From contig CAYWIY010000003.1 in NCBI GenBank assembly GCA_964458455.1, forward strand, positions 1 through 49,803: DNA of 49,803 nucleotides, given 5' to 3'. The DNA comes from an uncultured Syntrophomonadaceae bacterium. Lineage in GTDB: Bacteria; Bacillota; Dethiobacteria; DTU022. Both the position numbers and the translations under genes were made by a program. The number at the start of each line of letters is the position of its first letter. Position 1 is the stretch's first letter. A model generated the notes under the pieces. The model was given only the letters and a program-made list of their open reading frames with translations, was not told where the DNA came from and searched no databases. This document shows positions 29,026-38,053 of this stretch, one piece after another.

Positions 29026-29080
29026 ATATCCCCCCTGATAATGGTCGATCGATTTTCGCCTGATGGGGGGATATTTTCCA
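29026..29080 (+). terminator. hairpin terminator after hup
   Basis: ATATCCCCCC (29026-29035) pairs with GGGGGGATAT (29065-29074), followed by TTT. The loop is unusually long at 29 nt. Confidence 0.5.
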
Positions 29081-29130
29081 ACAAAAAACGCTGTTTATTG
29101 CATACTGCTCGATCCGGTGAAGTGATCAAC

Positions 29131-29466
29131 ATGAATTTAGGCAAGGTTAAAGAAAAGAAAAGGCAGGACGGTTTTCCCAGGCACCACCGGGAGAACAGGT
29201 TTAACATGTACAGGTTGCTCAGTTATGCCGGCATTTTCTTAATATGCTGCCTGCTTTTGGTTATCGGTGCCCAGCACCTGCGCCAGCGCAAAGCCGAACA
29301 GGAACTGCTGGAATACAAGGCCCGCATCGAGAAACTGGAACAGCGCCAGGAAGCGGCAGAAAACGAGATTGAGCGGCTTCAAGATTTTGATTATATTGAG
29401 ATCCAGGCCCGGAACCGGCTGGGGCTGGTTAAACCTGATGAAACAATTTTCCAGATTGAGGATTGA
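29131..29466 (+). CDS. divIC: septum formation initiator (FtsB/DivIC family)
   Basis: Basic N-terminus, single TM helix (LLSYAGIFLICCLLLVIG), a coiled coil (QELLEYKARIEKLEQRQEAAENEIERL) and the conserved IEIQARNRLGLVKPDE tail. The start is uncertain (ATG 29131 or 29206). The track start at 29041 lies inside the hup terminator. Confidence 0.75.
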   Translation: MNLGKVKEKKRQDGFPRHHRENRFNMYRLLSYAGIFLICCLLLVIGAQHLRQRKAEQELLEYKARIEKLEQRQEAAENEIERLQDFDYIEIQARNRLGLVKPDETIFQIED

Positions 29467-29531
29467 CATTATTATTACAGCAGTTATAATAAAATTACCG
29501 CGAAATAAGAATAATTGAGGAGGAGTTTTTT

Positions 29532-29945
29532 ATTAAGGAAGAAATAGTTGTTGGGACTATAGTGGAAGGAGTGATAACGGGTATAACTAAATTTGGGGCA
29601 TTTGTTGAGCTGCCTAATGGATCTACCGGTCTTGTACATATTTCTGAAGTTGATGAGGATTATGTAAAGGATATCAACGATTTTTATAAAAAATCTGATA
29701 AAGTTTCTGTAAAAGTGCTTTCGGTTGAGAATAACGGAAAAATTGGCCTTTCCATCAAGCAAGCCAAGGAAGATTACACCCCAAAAAGAAAGAAAGAAAA
29801 AAAGCAAGTTGAATCCGGAAATAAGGCCTCGTTTGAAGACAAAATGAACCGGTTCCTTAAAGAAAGTGATGAACGCCTGTTAGATTTAAAACGCAACACG
29901 GAATCAAAAAGAGGCAGCCGCGGTTCTTGTCGTGAGGCTTTTTAA
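29532..29945 (+). CDS. yabR: S1 RNA-binding domain protein YabR, probable ATT start
   Basis: EEIVVGTIVEGVITGITKFGAFVELPNGSTGLVHISEVDEDYVKDINDFYK..DKVSVKVLSVENNGKIGLSIKQA matches YabR. The conserved first strand lies upstream of the first canonical start (GTG 29562). GAGGAGGAG (29517-29525) sits 6 nt before in-frame ATT 29532. Confidence 0.85.
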   Translation: MKEEIVVGTIVEGVITGITKFGAFVELPNGSTGLVHISEVDEDYVKDINDFYKKSDKVSVKVLSVENNGKIGLSIKQAKEDYTPKRKKEKKQVESGNKASFEDKMNRFLKESDERLLDLKRNTESKRGSRGSCREAF

Positions 29946-29993
29946 ATATAACTGACTTTCATGTTCATCTCATCTAATGTTATAAACAGAAAG

Positions 29994-30019
29994 GCACTCT
30001 GTTTCAGAGTGTTTTTTTA
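29994..30019 (+). terminator. rho-independent terminator after yabR
   Basis: GCACTCTG (29994-30001) pairs with CAGAGTG (30005-30011), followed by TTTTTTT. Confidence 0.8.
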
Positions 30020-30065
30020 TCTAGCCCGCATCAGTTTTTATCCAGGGACTGATTGGTTGTGATTA

Positions 30066-31490
30066 ATTCTGTTCCAGCTGGAGAAAGTCCAAGATTATAT
30101 CAATAAGTTTTGTCTTTTTGAAAAAGGAGAGACAGTAGTTGTTGCCGTATCCGGGGGGCCTGATTCCATGGCCCTCCTGCATATGTTGAAGGCTATTTCC
30201 CACCGTTTTCAGCTCCGCCTGGTTGTTGCCCATTTGAACCACGGGATGCGCCCGGAAGCCGGTATTGAAGAGGCTGCTGTTAAAGATATTGCTGAAGCAT
30301 GGTCCATTTCTTTCGAGTCCAGGACAGTAGATGTCAGGGACCTGAAAACCTCAAGAGGCATATCAGAAGAGGAAGCAGGCAGGACGGCCCGGTACAGCCT
30401 CCTATTTGATACTGCGCACAAGTACGGCGCTTCGAAAATTGCCCTGGGCCACCACCTTGACGACCAGGCCGAAACGGTCCTGTTAAATATCATCAGGGGA
30501 ACAGGTGTAGATGGAATGGCAGGGATCCTGCCGGCTTATAAAAGGGGCGGCATAAAGCTGGTAAGGCCTCTTTTATGCTTGAGGCGCCATGAAATTGAAG
30601 CCTACTGCAAAGAAAATGATTTGAGAACTTTTACAGACAGCACTAACCTGGAGACAGATTATACCAGGAACAGGCTCCGCCTTGATTTGATCCCCCGGCT
30701 GGAAGAAGAATACAATCCAAGGATCAGGGAAGCCCTGTATGGATTGGCCGTCCTTGCTTATGAAGACAGGCAGTTATTGCAGGCTCTGGCCAGGAAAAAA
30801 TACCTGGAATTGGCCGGGTTAGGCCGGCAGGAGACTATTTTTAACAGGAAAGACTTATCTTCGCTGCCCCTGGCCCTGAGCAGCAGGATTCTGCGGATTG
30901 CCCATAAGAAGTACGCCCCTGCAAAAGAACTGGACAGGTTTCATGTCGAAAAGATTATGGAGTTAATTACAGGTGAGAAAACAACTGCTCAAATTACCCT
31001 TCCGGGTGATGCCGTGCTGTACCTGTCTCAGTCGCAGGTATTTATAACCGGCGCCAGGCAGGTGCCTGGAATGATCCCTGTTCAAAAACCCTTGCAGCTC
31101 CCGGGCAAAACTTATCTACCGGGCGGCTCCTTGATCGAAGCCAGGGTAGTTGACAAAGCAGACCTGACCTGGCCTCCTTCCAAATATCAGGCCTGCCTGG
31201 ACTATCAAGCTTTGCCCCCGGGTGAGCTGACTGTAAGGCCGAGATGGCCGGGAGCCCTTTTTCACCCCCAGGGGTCGGGGGGCAAGAAAAAATTAAAGGA
31301 TTTTTTGATTGATCAAAAAATTCCCCGCCACCGCCGTGATCAGATCCCTCTGGTTACTGTAGGAAGCGAGATTATCTGGGTGGTGGGCTTAAGGATTGCT
31401 CACCCTTACAGGGTCACCGGGCAAACTGAAAAAGTTTTACAGCTCGAATTTAAAAAGCAGAGGATGCCCGGGCGCCGAAAGATCTGCTAA
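30066..31490 (+). CDS. tilS: tRNA(Ile)-lysidine synthetase; start codon unresolved
   Basis: PP-loop VVVAVSGGPDSMALLHML (SGGPDS at 30150-30167), HLNHGMR, and the C-terminal TilS domain (KKLKDFLIDQKIPRHRRDQIPLV...IIWVVGLRIA). The first ATG/GTG/TTG in frame is ATG 30168, after the PP-loop. The frame is open from 30063. ATT 30066 or CTG 30078 are candidate starts, and ATT gives 474 aa. Confidence 0.9.
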   Translation: MLFQLEKVQDYINKFCLFEKGETVVVAVSGGPDSMALLHMLKAISHRFQLRLVVAHLNHGMRPEAGIEEAAVKDIAEAWSISFESRTVDVRDLKTSRGISEEEAGRTARYSLLFDTAHKYGASKIALGHHLDDQAETVLLNIIRGTGVDGMAGILPAYKRGGIKLVRPLLCLRRHEIEAYCKENDLRTFTDSTNLETDYTRNRLRLDLIPRLEEEYNPRIREALYGLAVLAYEDRQLLQALARKKYLELAGLGRQETIFNRKDLSSLPLALSSRILRIAHKKYAPAKELDRFHVEKIMELITGEKTTAQITLPGDAVLYLSQSQVFITGARQVPGMIPVQKPLQLPGKTYLPGGSLIEARVVDKADLTWPPSKYQACLDYQALPPGELTVRPRWPGALFHPQGSGGKKKLKDFLIDQKIPRHRRDQIPLVTVGSEIIWVVGLRIAHPYRVTGQTEKVLQLEFKKQRMPGRRKIC

Positions 31491-31513
31491 AATAGAAGAA
31501 GGTGGTTGTAGCA

Positions 31514-32062
31514 ATGACAGATCATCATGCAGGTGAAACAAGTACTGATAACTTTGAAGTTTTGCTATCGGAAGAACAGATAAAATATCGGGTTAAGGAA
31601 ATGGCCGAAGTTATTTCAAGTGATTACCGGGGTAAAAGGCCGTTATTAATCGGCATTCTTAAAGGAGCAGTAATTTTTCTGAGTGACTTAATCCGCAGCC
31701 TGACCATCCCCCTGGAAATAGACTTCATTGCAGTGTCAAGTTACGGAAGCGCAACCGCTTCCTCGGGCGTAGTCCGGATCCTGAAAGACCTGGAACAAAG
31801 TATCCAGGGTAAAGACGTGCTTATTGTTGAAGATATAGTCGATACCGGGCTAACCTTAAATTACCTGGTCGACAATTTAGGCAGCAGGCATCCCAATTCA
31901 CTGAAAGTGGTTACCCTGCTCGATAAACCTGAGCGCAGGAAAGTCGAATTTGAACCAGATTACTGCGGTTTCCATATTCCTGACCGCTTTGTGATTGGTT
32001 ACGGGCTTGACTTCGGCGAAGATTACCGCCAGCTGTCTGATCTGCGAGTTTTAAGCGAATAA
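31514..32062 (+). CDS. hpt: hypoxanthine-guanine phosphoribosyltransferase
   Basis: LLIGILKGAVIFLSDL, PRPP motif VLIVEDIVDTGLTL, KPERR, IPD.FV.GYGLD. Synteny tilS-hpt-ftsH. Confidence 0.93.
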   Translation: MTDHHAGETSTDNFEVLLSEEQIKYRVKEMAEVISSDYRGKRPLLIGILKGAVIFLSDLIRSLTIPLEIDFIAVSSYGSATASSGVVRILKDLEQSIQGKDVLIVEDIVDTGLTLNYLVDNLGSRHPNSLKVVTLLDKPERRKVEFEPDYCGFHIPDRFVIGYGLDFGEDYRQLSDLRVLSE

Positions 32063-32193
32063 GTTAACATAGCCACCGGAGCCGGCATGATATTTTTGCT
32101 CCATAAGGATAACCAGTTTTATTGCCTATGCCCTGGCGGTGTGTTACAATTTACTTCAGCCTTCTAGGGCTTTTATGGAGAGGAGGGTACTTT

Positions 32194-34257
32194 TTGAGCC
32201 CATTTGTTAGACAGATATTGTTTTACCTGGTCATAGCGCTGGTGGTAGTGATACTGCTGGCTACATTTAATACCGGGCCTGATCCGGAAGAAATAAGCTA
32301 CAACCAGTTTGTAGAAAAAATAGAGAACGGCGAAGTGGAAAAGGTTGTTGCTCACGGTAACGAAATTGAAGCCGTGCTTGTTGACGGGACCGAAATAGAA
32401 ACCACCCGTCCGGAAGATCACCAGTTGACAGAATTACTTCTGGAGCACAATGTTTCGTATTCGCCTCATCCTGAGCGCGGTCCTGAATGGTGGCAAACCG
32501 CTTTGACGTACATGATTCCCTTCCTGTTAATCATCGGGATATTTTTCTTCTTCATGCAGCAGTCCCAGGGTGGCGGAAACAAGGTCATGAGTTTCGGAAA
32601 AAGCAAGGCCAAGCTCCAGGAAAGCGAGAAGGAAACGGTCACCTTTGATGATGTGGCCGGGGCCGACGAAGAGAGGGGCGAGCTGGCCGAGATAGTTGAT
32701 TTTCTAAAAGATCCCCGCAAGTATATTGAGCTCGGGGCCAGGATCCCGAAGGGCGTTCTGCTTGTCGGCCCACCGGGTACCGGTAAGACCCTGCTTGGCC
32801 GGGCAGTAGCCGGAGAAGCGGGAGTGCCCTTTTTCAGTATCAGCGGTTCCGACTTTGTGGAGATGTTTGTCGGGGTCGGCGCTTCCCGGGTAAGAGATAT
32901 GTTTGAAAATGCCAAGAAAAATTCGCCCTGCATTGTCTTTATTGACGAAATTGACGCCGTTGGACGTCAGCGTGGAGCAGGGCTCGGCGGCGGACACGAT
33001 GAAAGGGAACAAACCCTGAACCAGCTCCTGGTTGAAATGGACGGGTTTGATGTTAATGAAGGGATCATTATCCTTGCCGCAACCAACCGGCCAGACATCC
33101 TTGATCCCGCCCTGCTCAGGCCCGGGCGTTTTGACCGGCAGGTTACGGTTACCCTGCCGGACGTCAAGGGACGAGTGGACATATTAAAAGTTCATACCAA
33201 AAATAAACGTCTCTCCGAAGGGGTTGACCTAAAAGTTGTAGCCCGCGGCACACCCGGTTTTACCGGGGCCGACCTGGAGAACGTAGTCAATGAAGCGGCG
33301 CTCCTGGCAGCCCGCGCTTCCAAGAAGTTAATTGGCATGAAAGAAATGGAGGAGGCTGTAGAAAGAGTGGTAGCAGGAACCCAGAAAACGAGCCGGGTTA
33401 TAAGTGAATTCGAGAAAAAGATTGTTGCCTACCATGAAGCCGGCCACGCCCTGGTTGGCTACCAGCTTCCGCATACTGATCCCGTTCATAAAGTTTCCAT
33501 TATCCCCCGCGGCCGTGCAGGAGGTTATACCCTGATGTTTCCGGAAGAGGATCGCTACTACATGACCCGTTCGGAATTGCTGGACAGGGTCAGCACCCTT
33601 CTTGGCGGCAGGGTATCTGAAAAGCTGGTCCTTAATGATATAAGCACCGGTGCTCAGAATGACCTGGAGCGGGCCACCCAGATTGTGCGCCAGATGATTA
33701 TGGAATACGGCATGAGCGACAGCCTGGGGCCGATCACCCTGGGCAGAAAACAGGACCAGGTTTTCCTGGGCCGGGACCTGGGCCGGGACCGCGATTACAG
33801 CGAAGAAATAGCCAAGGCCATTGACCAGGAGATCAGGAAAACAATCGATGACTGCTACCAGAAGGCCCAGGATATCCTTGAGGAAGATCGCTCCAAGTTG
33901 GAAATGATAGCCCAGGCGCTGTTGGAGAAAGAAACGCTTAATTCCGAGGAAATCAAAGCGCTGGTTGAAGGCAGGGAATTGCCTGAGTACACAGAAGAAG
34001 ACGAAGAACCGGGGGTAGAAAGCCCCGGGGAAGAGCAGGGCGCAGAAGCAGACATTTCTGCCGATGATGAGGATACAGATGATGAAGATATGGACGATGA
34101 AGATACAGGTGATGAATTAGAGTCGGCGGAAGGTGATCTGGCCGAAGAAGTAGGGCATGCAGAAGAAGACGAGGAAACAGAAAAAGACAAGGAAGGCCGC
34201 CAGGCTTCTTTCCGGCAGCGCACGGAGCAGGGTGAAAAACCAGGAGAAGATCTTTAA
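32194..34257 (+). CDS. ftsH: ATP-dependent zinc metalloprotease FtsH with a long acidic C-terminal extension
   Basis: Two N-terminal TM helices, Walker A GPPGTGKT, Walker [12 protein letters not shown] region and zinc motif HEAGHA. Start at TTG 32194 after GGAGAGGAGGG. Confidence 0.97.
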   Translation: MSPFVRQILFYLVIALVVVILLATFNTGPDPEEISYNQFVEKIENGEVEKVVAHGNEIEAVLVDGTEIETTRPEDHQLTELLLEHNVSYSPHPERGPEWWQTALTYMIPFLLIIGIFFFFMQQSQGGGNKVMSFGKSKAKLQESEKETVTFDDVAGADEERGELAEIVDFLKDPRKYIELGARIPKGVLLVGPPGTGKTLLGRAVAGEAGVPFFSISGSDFVEMFVGVGASRVRDMFENAKKNSPCIVFIDEIDAVGRQRGAGLGGGHDEREQTLNQLLVEMDGFDVNEGIIILAATNRPDILDPALLRPGRFDRQVTVTLPDVKGRVDILKVHTKNKRLSEGVDLKVVARGTPGFTGADLENVVNEAALLAARASKKLIGMKEMEEAVERVVAGTQKTSRVISEFEKKIVAYHEAGHALVGYQLPHTDPVHKVSIIPRGRAGGYTLMFPEEDRYYMTRSELLDRVSTLLGGRVSEKLVLNDISTGAQNDLERATQIVRQMIMEYGMSDSLGPITLGRKQDQVFLGRDLGRDRDYSEEIAKAIDQEIRKTIDDCYQKAQDILEEDRSKLEMIAQALLEKETLNSEEIKALVEGRELPEYTEEDEEPGVESPGEEQGAEADISADDEDTDDEDMDDEDTGDELESAEGDLAEEVGHAEEDEETEKDKEGRQASFRQRTEQGEKPGEDL

Positions 34258-34273
34258 TTAAAAAACTCTTAGC

Positions 34274-34301
34274 AAAGGGCCAGGCGTTAGCCTGGCCCTT
34301 T
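34274..34301 (+). terminator. hairpin after ftsH
   Basis: AAAGGGCCAGG (34274-34284) pairs with CCTGGCCCTTT (34291-34301). The U-tract is weak (TATGTT). Confidence 0.55.
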
Positions 34302-34395
34302 ATGTTCCATTAATAAATAATAATGTGCTTGCCCAGCCATTGCTAAACCGGTGCTTTAATTACAAATAAACTAAGACAGGCAGGAGTGAATTGCT

Positions 34396-35346
34396 ATGGT
34401 CCCTGGATTGACCGATATTGATGGCATAAAAGTGGGAACCATGTCCAACACTGAAGCGGCTACCGGGGTGACAGTTGTTCTGGTTGAAGAAGGAGCCCGG
34501 GCTGCTGTTGAGGTGCGCGGTTCCGCCCCGGGAACCAGGGAAACCGATTTGCTTTTACCTGGGCGCCTGGTTGAAGAAGTGCAGGCCCTGGTCCTTTCCG
34601 GTGGAAGTGCTTTTGGCCTCGATACAGCCACCGGGGTAATGGATTATCTTGAACAGTGCGAGAGCGGCTTTCCCGTGGATCGCTTCAGGATCCCTATTGT
34701 TCCTGCAGCGGTCTTATTTGATCTGTTTATTGGTGACGGCCGGGTTCGACCGGATAAAGAAATGGGCTTTGAGGCATGCAGGAAAGCATCTTCAGGTCCT
34801 GTCCCGGAAGGATCAGTCGGGGCCGGATGTGGGGCAACGGTGGGGAAGATCCACGGGATGGATTATGCAGTAAAATCCGGGCAGGGATCATTTGCCCTCA
34901 AGAAAGAAAACCTCATTGTTGCCGCCCTGGTGGCGGTAAATGCTTTTGGCGATGTCTATGATCGCCGCGGCCGGTTGCTGGCAGGCCCGCGAAATCCGCA
35001 AACCGGGCTAATGGAAAAGACAATAGACCTGATCTTGGGAGGTAACGGTAACGGCTGTTCCGGTAATACCACCCTGGGAGTTGTGGCTACCAATGCAAAC
35101 CTGGACAGGCCTTCTCTTCAGAAAGTTTGCCAGCTTGCCCACAACGGCCTGGCCCGCTCAATTTGCCCGGTCCATACGATGTGGGATGGAGACACAATAT
35201 TTGCCCTGTCCAGGGGGGATTTGGATGCTGACGTAATTATGGTCGGGCTTATGGCTCAAGAAGCTGTTTCCGGGGCCGTGGAAAGGGCAGTAGCTTCTGC
35301 TGCCTCTCTTTGCGGGATTCCGGCGGTCAGTGACCTGGATAAGTAA
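34396..35346 (+). CDS. peptidase S58 / DmpA-family (P1) aminopeptidase
   Basis: LTDIDGIKVGT....EAATGVTVVL.......AVEVRGSAPGTRETDLL, then LSGGSAFGL and an NTT(L)GVVATNA self-processing site. This matches my recollection of the DmpA/Ntn family. Confidence 0.8.
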   Translation: MVPGLTDIDGIKVGTMSNTEAATGVTVVLVEEGARAAVEVRGSAPGTRETDLLLPGRLVEEVQALVLSGGSAFGLDTATGVMDYLEQCESGFPVDRFRIPIVPAAVLFDLFIGDGRVRPDKEMGFEACRKASSGPVPEGSVGAGCGATVGKIHGMDYAVKSGQGSFALKKENLIVAALVAVNAFGDVYDRRGRLLAGPRNPQTGLMEKTIDLILGGNGNGCSGNTTLGVVATNANLDRPSLQKVCQLAHNGLARSICPVHTMWDGDTIFALSRGDLDADVIMVGLMAQEAVSGAVERAVASAASLCGIPAVSDLDK

Positions 35347-35510
35347 TGATCTGCCAGTTATAAACCTGCCACAGTTAAGCATAAAAAATTTGTGAAATCC
35401 TGAACTATGCAGCAGGAAAACGCAGGTAGATGTTGAAATAGAAGTATGTCTGCGTCTATACGTAGAGGGTTATTTATTAATATAAAAAAAAGCACAAGGA
35501 GGTTGTTTGA

Positions 35511-37274
35511 ATGCCGTTAGACCCAACAAAACATGCTGATTGGGAAATTGCTGAAGCTGCTGAAAAGGACATGAAAAAGGTTTATGAACTGGGCGAGGAG
35601 CTCGGGCTGGACCCCGAAGAACTGCTCCCCCACGGCCATTTCGTGGCCAAGGTTGATTACAAGAAAATTTTAGAGAGAAAGAAAGATGTGCCCGACGGTA
35701 AGTACATTGATGTTACCGCGATTACCCCCACCCCGCTCGGGGAAGGGAAATCAACTTCTACCATGGGCCTGACCCAGGGTATGGGAAAGCTTGGCAAAGA
35801 TGTTATGGCCACTATCCGCCAGCCTTCCGGCGGGCCGACCATGAACGTTAAAGGTTCTGCCGCCGGCGGAGGCCTTGCTCAGTGTATCCCATTGACTCCA
35901 TTTTCTTTAGGGTTAACCGGTGATATTAATGCGATTATGAACGCCCATAACCTGGGCATGGTTGCCGTTACTTCCCGCATGCAGCACGAATTTAATGCTA
36001 GCGATGCATTTTTGGAGCGCAGCGGGTTGAAGCGATTGAATATTGATCCGCGCAATGTCTCGCTTAACTGGATCATCGACTTCTGCGCCCAATCCCTGCG
36101 GAACATTATAATCGGCCTGGGCGGCAGAAGAGACGGGTTCATGATGCACTCAGGATTTGACATTGCCGTGGCTTCCGAAGTTATGGCCATCCTGGCCGTA
36201 GCTAATGACTTAAAAGATATGCGTGAGCGCATGGGTAAAATTGTGGCTGCTTACGATAAGCGCGGCAACCCGATCACTACAGAAGATCTCGATGTAGCCG
36301 GCGCTATGACTGCCTGGATGGTTGAAGCAATGAATCCCAACCTGATGCAAACCCTGGAAGGACAGCCATCATTTGTCCACGCCGGACCGTTTGCCAACAT
36401 TGCCATCGGCCAGTCCTCCATCGTGGCCGACCGGGTAGGCCTGAAGCTCAAAGATTATGTAATCACCGAGTCGGGCTTTGCCGCCGATATCGGCTTCGAG
36501 AAGTTCTGGAACCTGAAGTGCCGCATGTCCGGCCTTACCCCGGATTGTGCAGTGCTGGTAGCTACCATCCGGGCGCTCAAGTGCCACGGCGGGGCCCCGG
36601 TTCCGAAACCGGGACAGCCGCTTGACCCGGCCTACGGACAGGAAAATGTTGAGTGGGTGGAAAAGGGCTGCGATAACCTGGTTCACCACATCAACACGAT
36701 CAAGAAAGCCGGTATTACCCCCGTGGTTTGCATCAACCACTTCTACACTGATACCGACAACGAAGTTAAAGCTGTCCGCCGCATTGCCGAAGAAGCAGGC
36801 GCCAAAGTGGCCCTATCCAAGCACTGGCAGTACGGTGGAGACGGAGCGAAAGAATTTGCCGAGGCTGTTGTTGAAGCTTGCGAAGAACCCAGCGAATTCA
36901 AGTTCCTCTACGATCTGGATACTCCGCTGCGTGACCGGATTGACCTTATCGCCAGGGAAGTTTACGGAGCAGACGGGGTTGACTTTGGCCCGGATGCCCT
37001 TGAAAAACTGAACAAAATGGAAGGCGATCCGAAGTTCCAGAAAATGGGCACCTGCATGGTTAAAACCCACCTCAGCCTTAGTGACGATCCCAGCCTGAAG
37101 GGTGTGCCGAAAGGCTGGCGCTTGAAAGTGCGCGACATTATGACCTATGGCGGGGCAGACTTCCTGGTGCCGGTAGCGGGAACTATCTCCCTGATGCCAG
37201 GAACCGCTGCCAGCCCGGCATTCCGCAAGGTTGATGTCGATGTGGAAACCGGCAAGGTTGAAGGATTGTTCTAA
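35511..37274 (+). CDS. fhs: formate--tetrahydrofolate ligase (long, divergent form)
   Basis: [18 protein letters not shown]-loop, GGAAGGG-like [17 protein letters not shown] and a C-terminal ...GKVEGLF. 587 aa. Strong RBS AAGGAGG. Confidence 0.95.
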   Translation: MPLDPTKHADWEIAEAAEKDMKKVYELGEELGLDPEELLPHGHFVAKVDYKKILERKKDVPDGKYIDVTAITPTPLGEGKSTSTMGLTQGMGKLGKDVMATIRQPSGGPTMNVKGSAAGGGLAQCIPLTPFSLGLTGDINAIMNAHNLGMVAVTSRMQHEFNASDAFLERSGLKRLNIDPRNVSLNWIIDFCAQSLRNIIIGLGGRRDGFMMHSGFDIAVASEVMAILAVANDLKDMRERMGKIVAAYDKRGNPITTEDLDVAGAMTAWMVEAMNPNLMQTLEGQPSFVHAGPFANIAIGQSSIVADRVGLKLKDYVITESGFAADIGFEKFWNLKCRMSGLTPDCAVLVATIRALKCHGGAPVPKPGQPLDPAYGQENVEWVEKGCDNLVHHINTIKKAGITPVVCINHFYTDTDNEVKAVRRIAEEAGAKVALSKHWQYGGDGAKEFAEAVVEACEEPSEFKFLYDLDTPLRDRIDLIAREVYGADGVDFGPDALEKLNKMEGDPKFQKMGTCMVKTHLSLSDDPSLKGVPKGWRLKVRDIMTYGGADFLVPVAGTISLMPGTAASPAFRKVDVDVETGKVEGLF

Positions 37275-37326
37275 AACAACTGCTTCCTGCCTGTTGTTCT
37301 CGCAGCAGATTAAGCAAAACAACTGT

Positions 37327-37373
37327 AAAAAACACCGCCTGCAGCCAGAAAAACGGTTGCAAGCGGTGTTTTT
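37327..37373. terminator. strong hairpin terminator between convergent fhs and folK
   Basis: AAAAACACCGC (37327-37337) pairs with GCGGTGTTTTT (37363-37373). A/T runs lie on both sides and TTTTTATTT follows on the plus strand. Confidence 0.85.
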
Positions 37374-37522
37374 ATTTGCGCCCGGGTAGCTGCCCGGCCT
37401 TTCCAGGAAAGCTGCACTTGCTGAAGGTTTAGGCTGGAACTGCCTGCGGTTGGCTCCTGTTCTTTGCCTGGACTTATTTTGCGATAAGCTTATCCCAGGC
37501 TCTCGATTACAGGGTTAAAGAA

Positions 37523-38053
37523 TCAGGGAACATTACACCAATCCCGCCCGCAGTAAAATTTTACATCCGGGTTCTTTTTTCTCCCGGCCAGTATTTGTTC
37601 CACGGTTTGATGTGCACCGGGGATAAACAGGTGCGGGGCAATGTCTGCCAGGGGTATTAAAACAAAATCCCTTTCTCTAAGCCTCGGATGAGGCAGCTGC
37701 AAAACCGGGGTGTTTACGGTTATCCCTTCATATACCAGCAAATCGAGGTCAATTATGCGCGGGCCCCACCTTTCTGTCCTCACGCGCTTCATTTTATGCT
37801 CTACAGCAAGCATGGCCTGCAGTAGTTTTACCGGAGCCAAACCTGTTTTGACCGAGATGCAGGCATTGAGAAAATAGTCCTGCTCCGGGCCTCCCACCGG
37901 ATTTGTCTCGTAAATATTAGAGCAGGACTCAAGCTTTAAACCAGGCTCCCGCAAAAGGAGTTCCAGGGAGTGTTTCAAATTGGCCAGGCGCTCTCCCAGG
38001 TTGGTTCCCAGCCCAATATAGGCAAAATGTCTATTAGGCTTCTCTTTTTTTAT
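37523..38053 (-). CDS. folK: 2-amino-4-hydroxy-6-hydroxymethyldihydropteridine diphosphokinase (HPPK); 5' end unresolved (no canonical start, possible fusion to folB)
   Basis: FAYIGLGTNLGERLANL...NIYETNPVGGPEQDYFLNA..., ERWGPRIIDLDLL and LPHPRLRERDFVL are HPPK motifs. The first canonical start (TTG 37978) lies downstream of the conserved AYIGLGTNLG strand (38023-37994). The upper coordinate 38053 is the in-frame ATA overlapping the folB stop and is only a placeholder. Confidence 0.85.
   Translation of the reverse strand: MKKEKPNRHFAYIGLGTNLGERLANLKHSLELLLREPGLKLESCSNIYETNPVGGPEQDYFLNACISVKTGLAPVKLLQAMLAVEHKMKRVRTERWGPRIIDLDLLVYEGITVNTPVLQLPHPRLRERDFVLIPLADIAPHLFIPGAHQTVEQILAGRKKNPDVKFYCGRDWCNVP

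Noticed and set aside
33855-34223. Ser-rich 122-aa minus-strand ORF.
   Set aside because: It is the mirror image of the GAA/GAT-rich acidic tail of ftsH and is an artefact of the repeat composition.
35347-35510. ZTP (pfl) or THF riboswitch upstream of fhs.
   Set aside because: I could not find the conserved ZTP pseudoknot (CCGCCTGGGC-like) or the THF core. The region is AT-rich with only a strong RBS.
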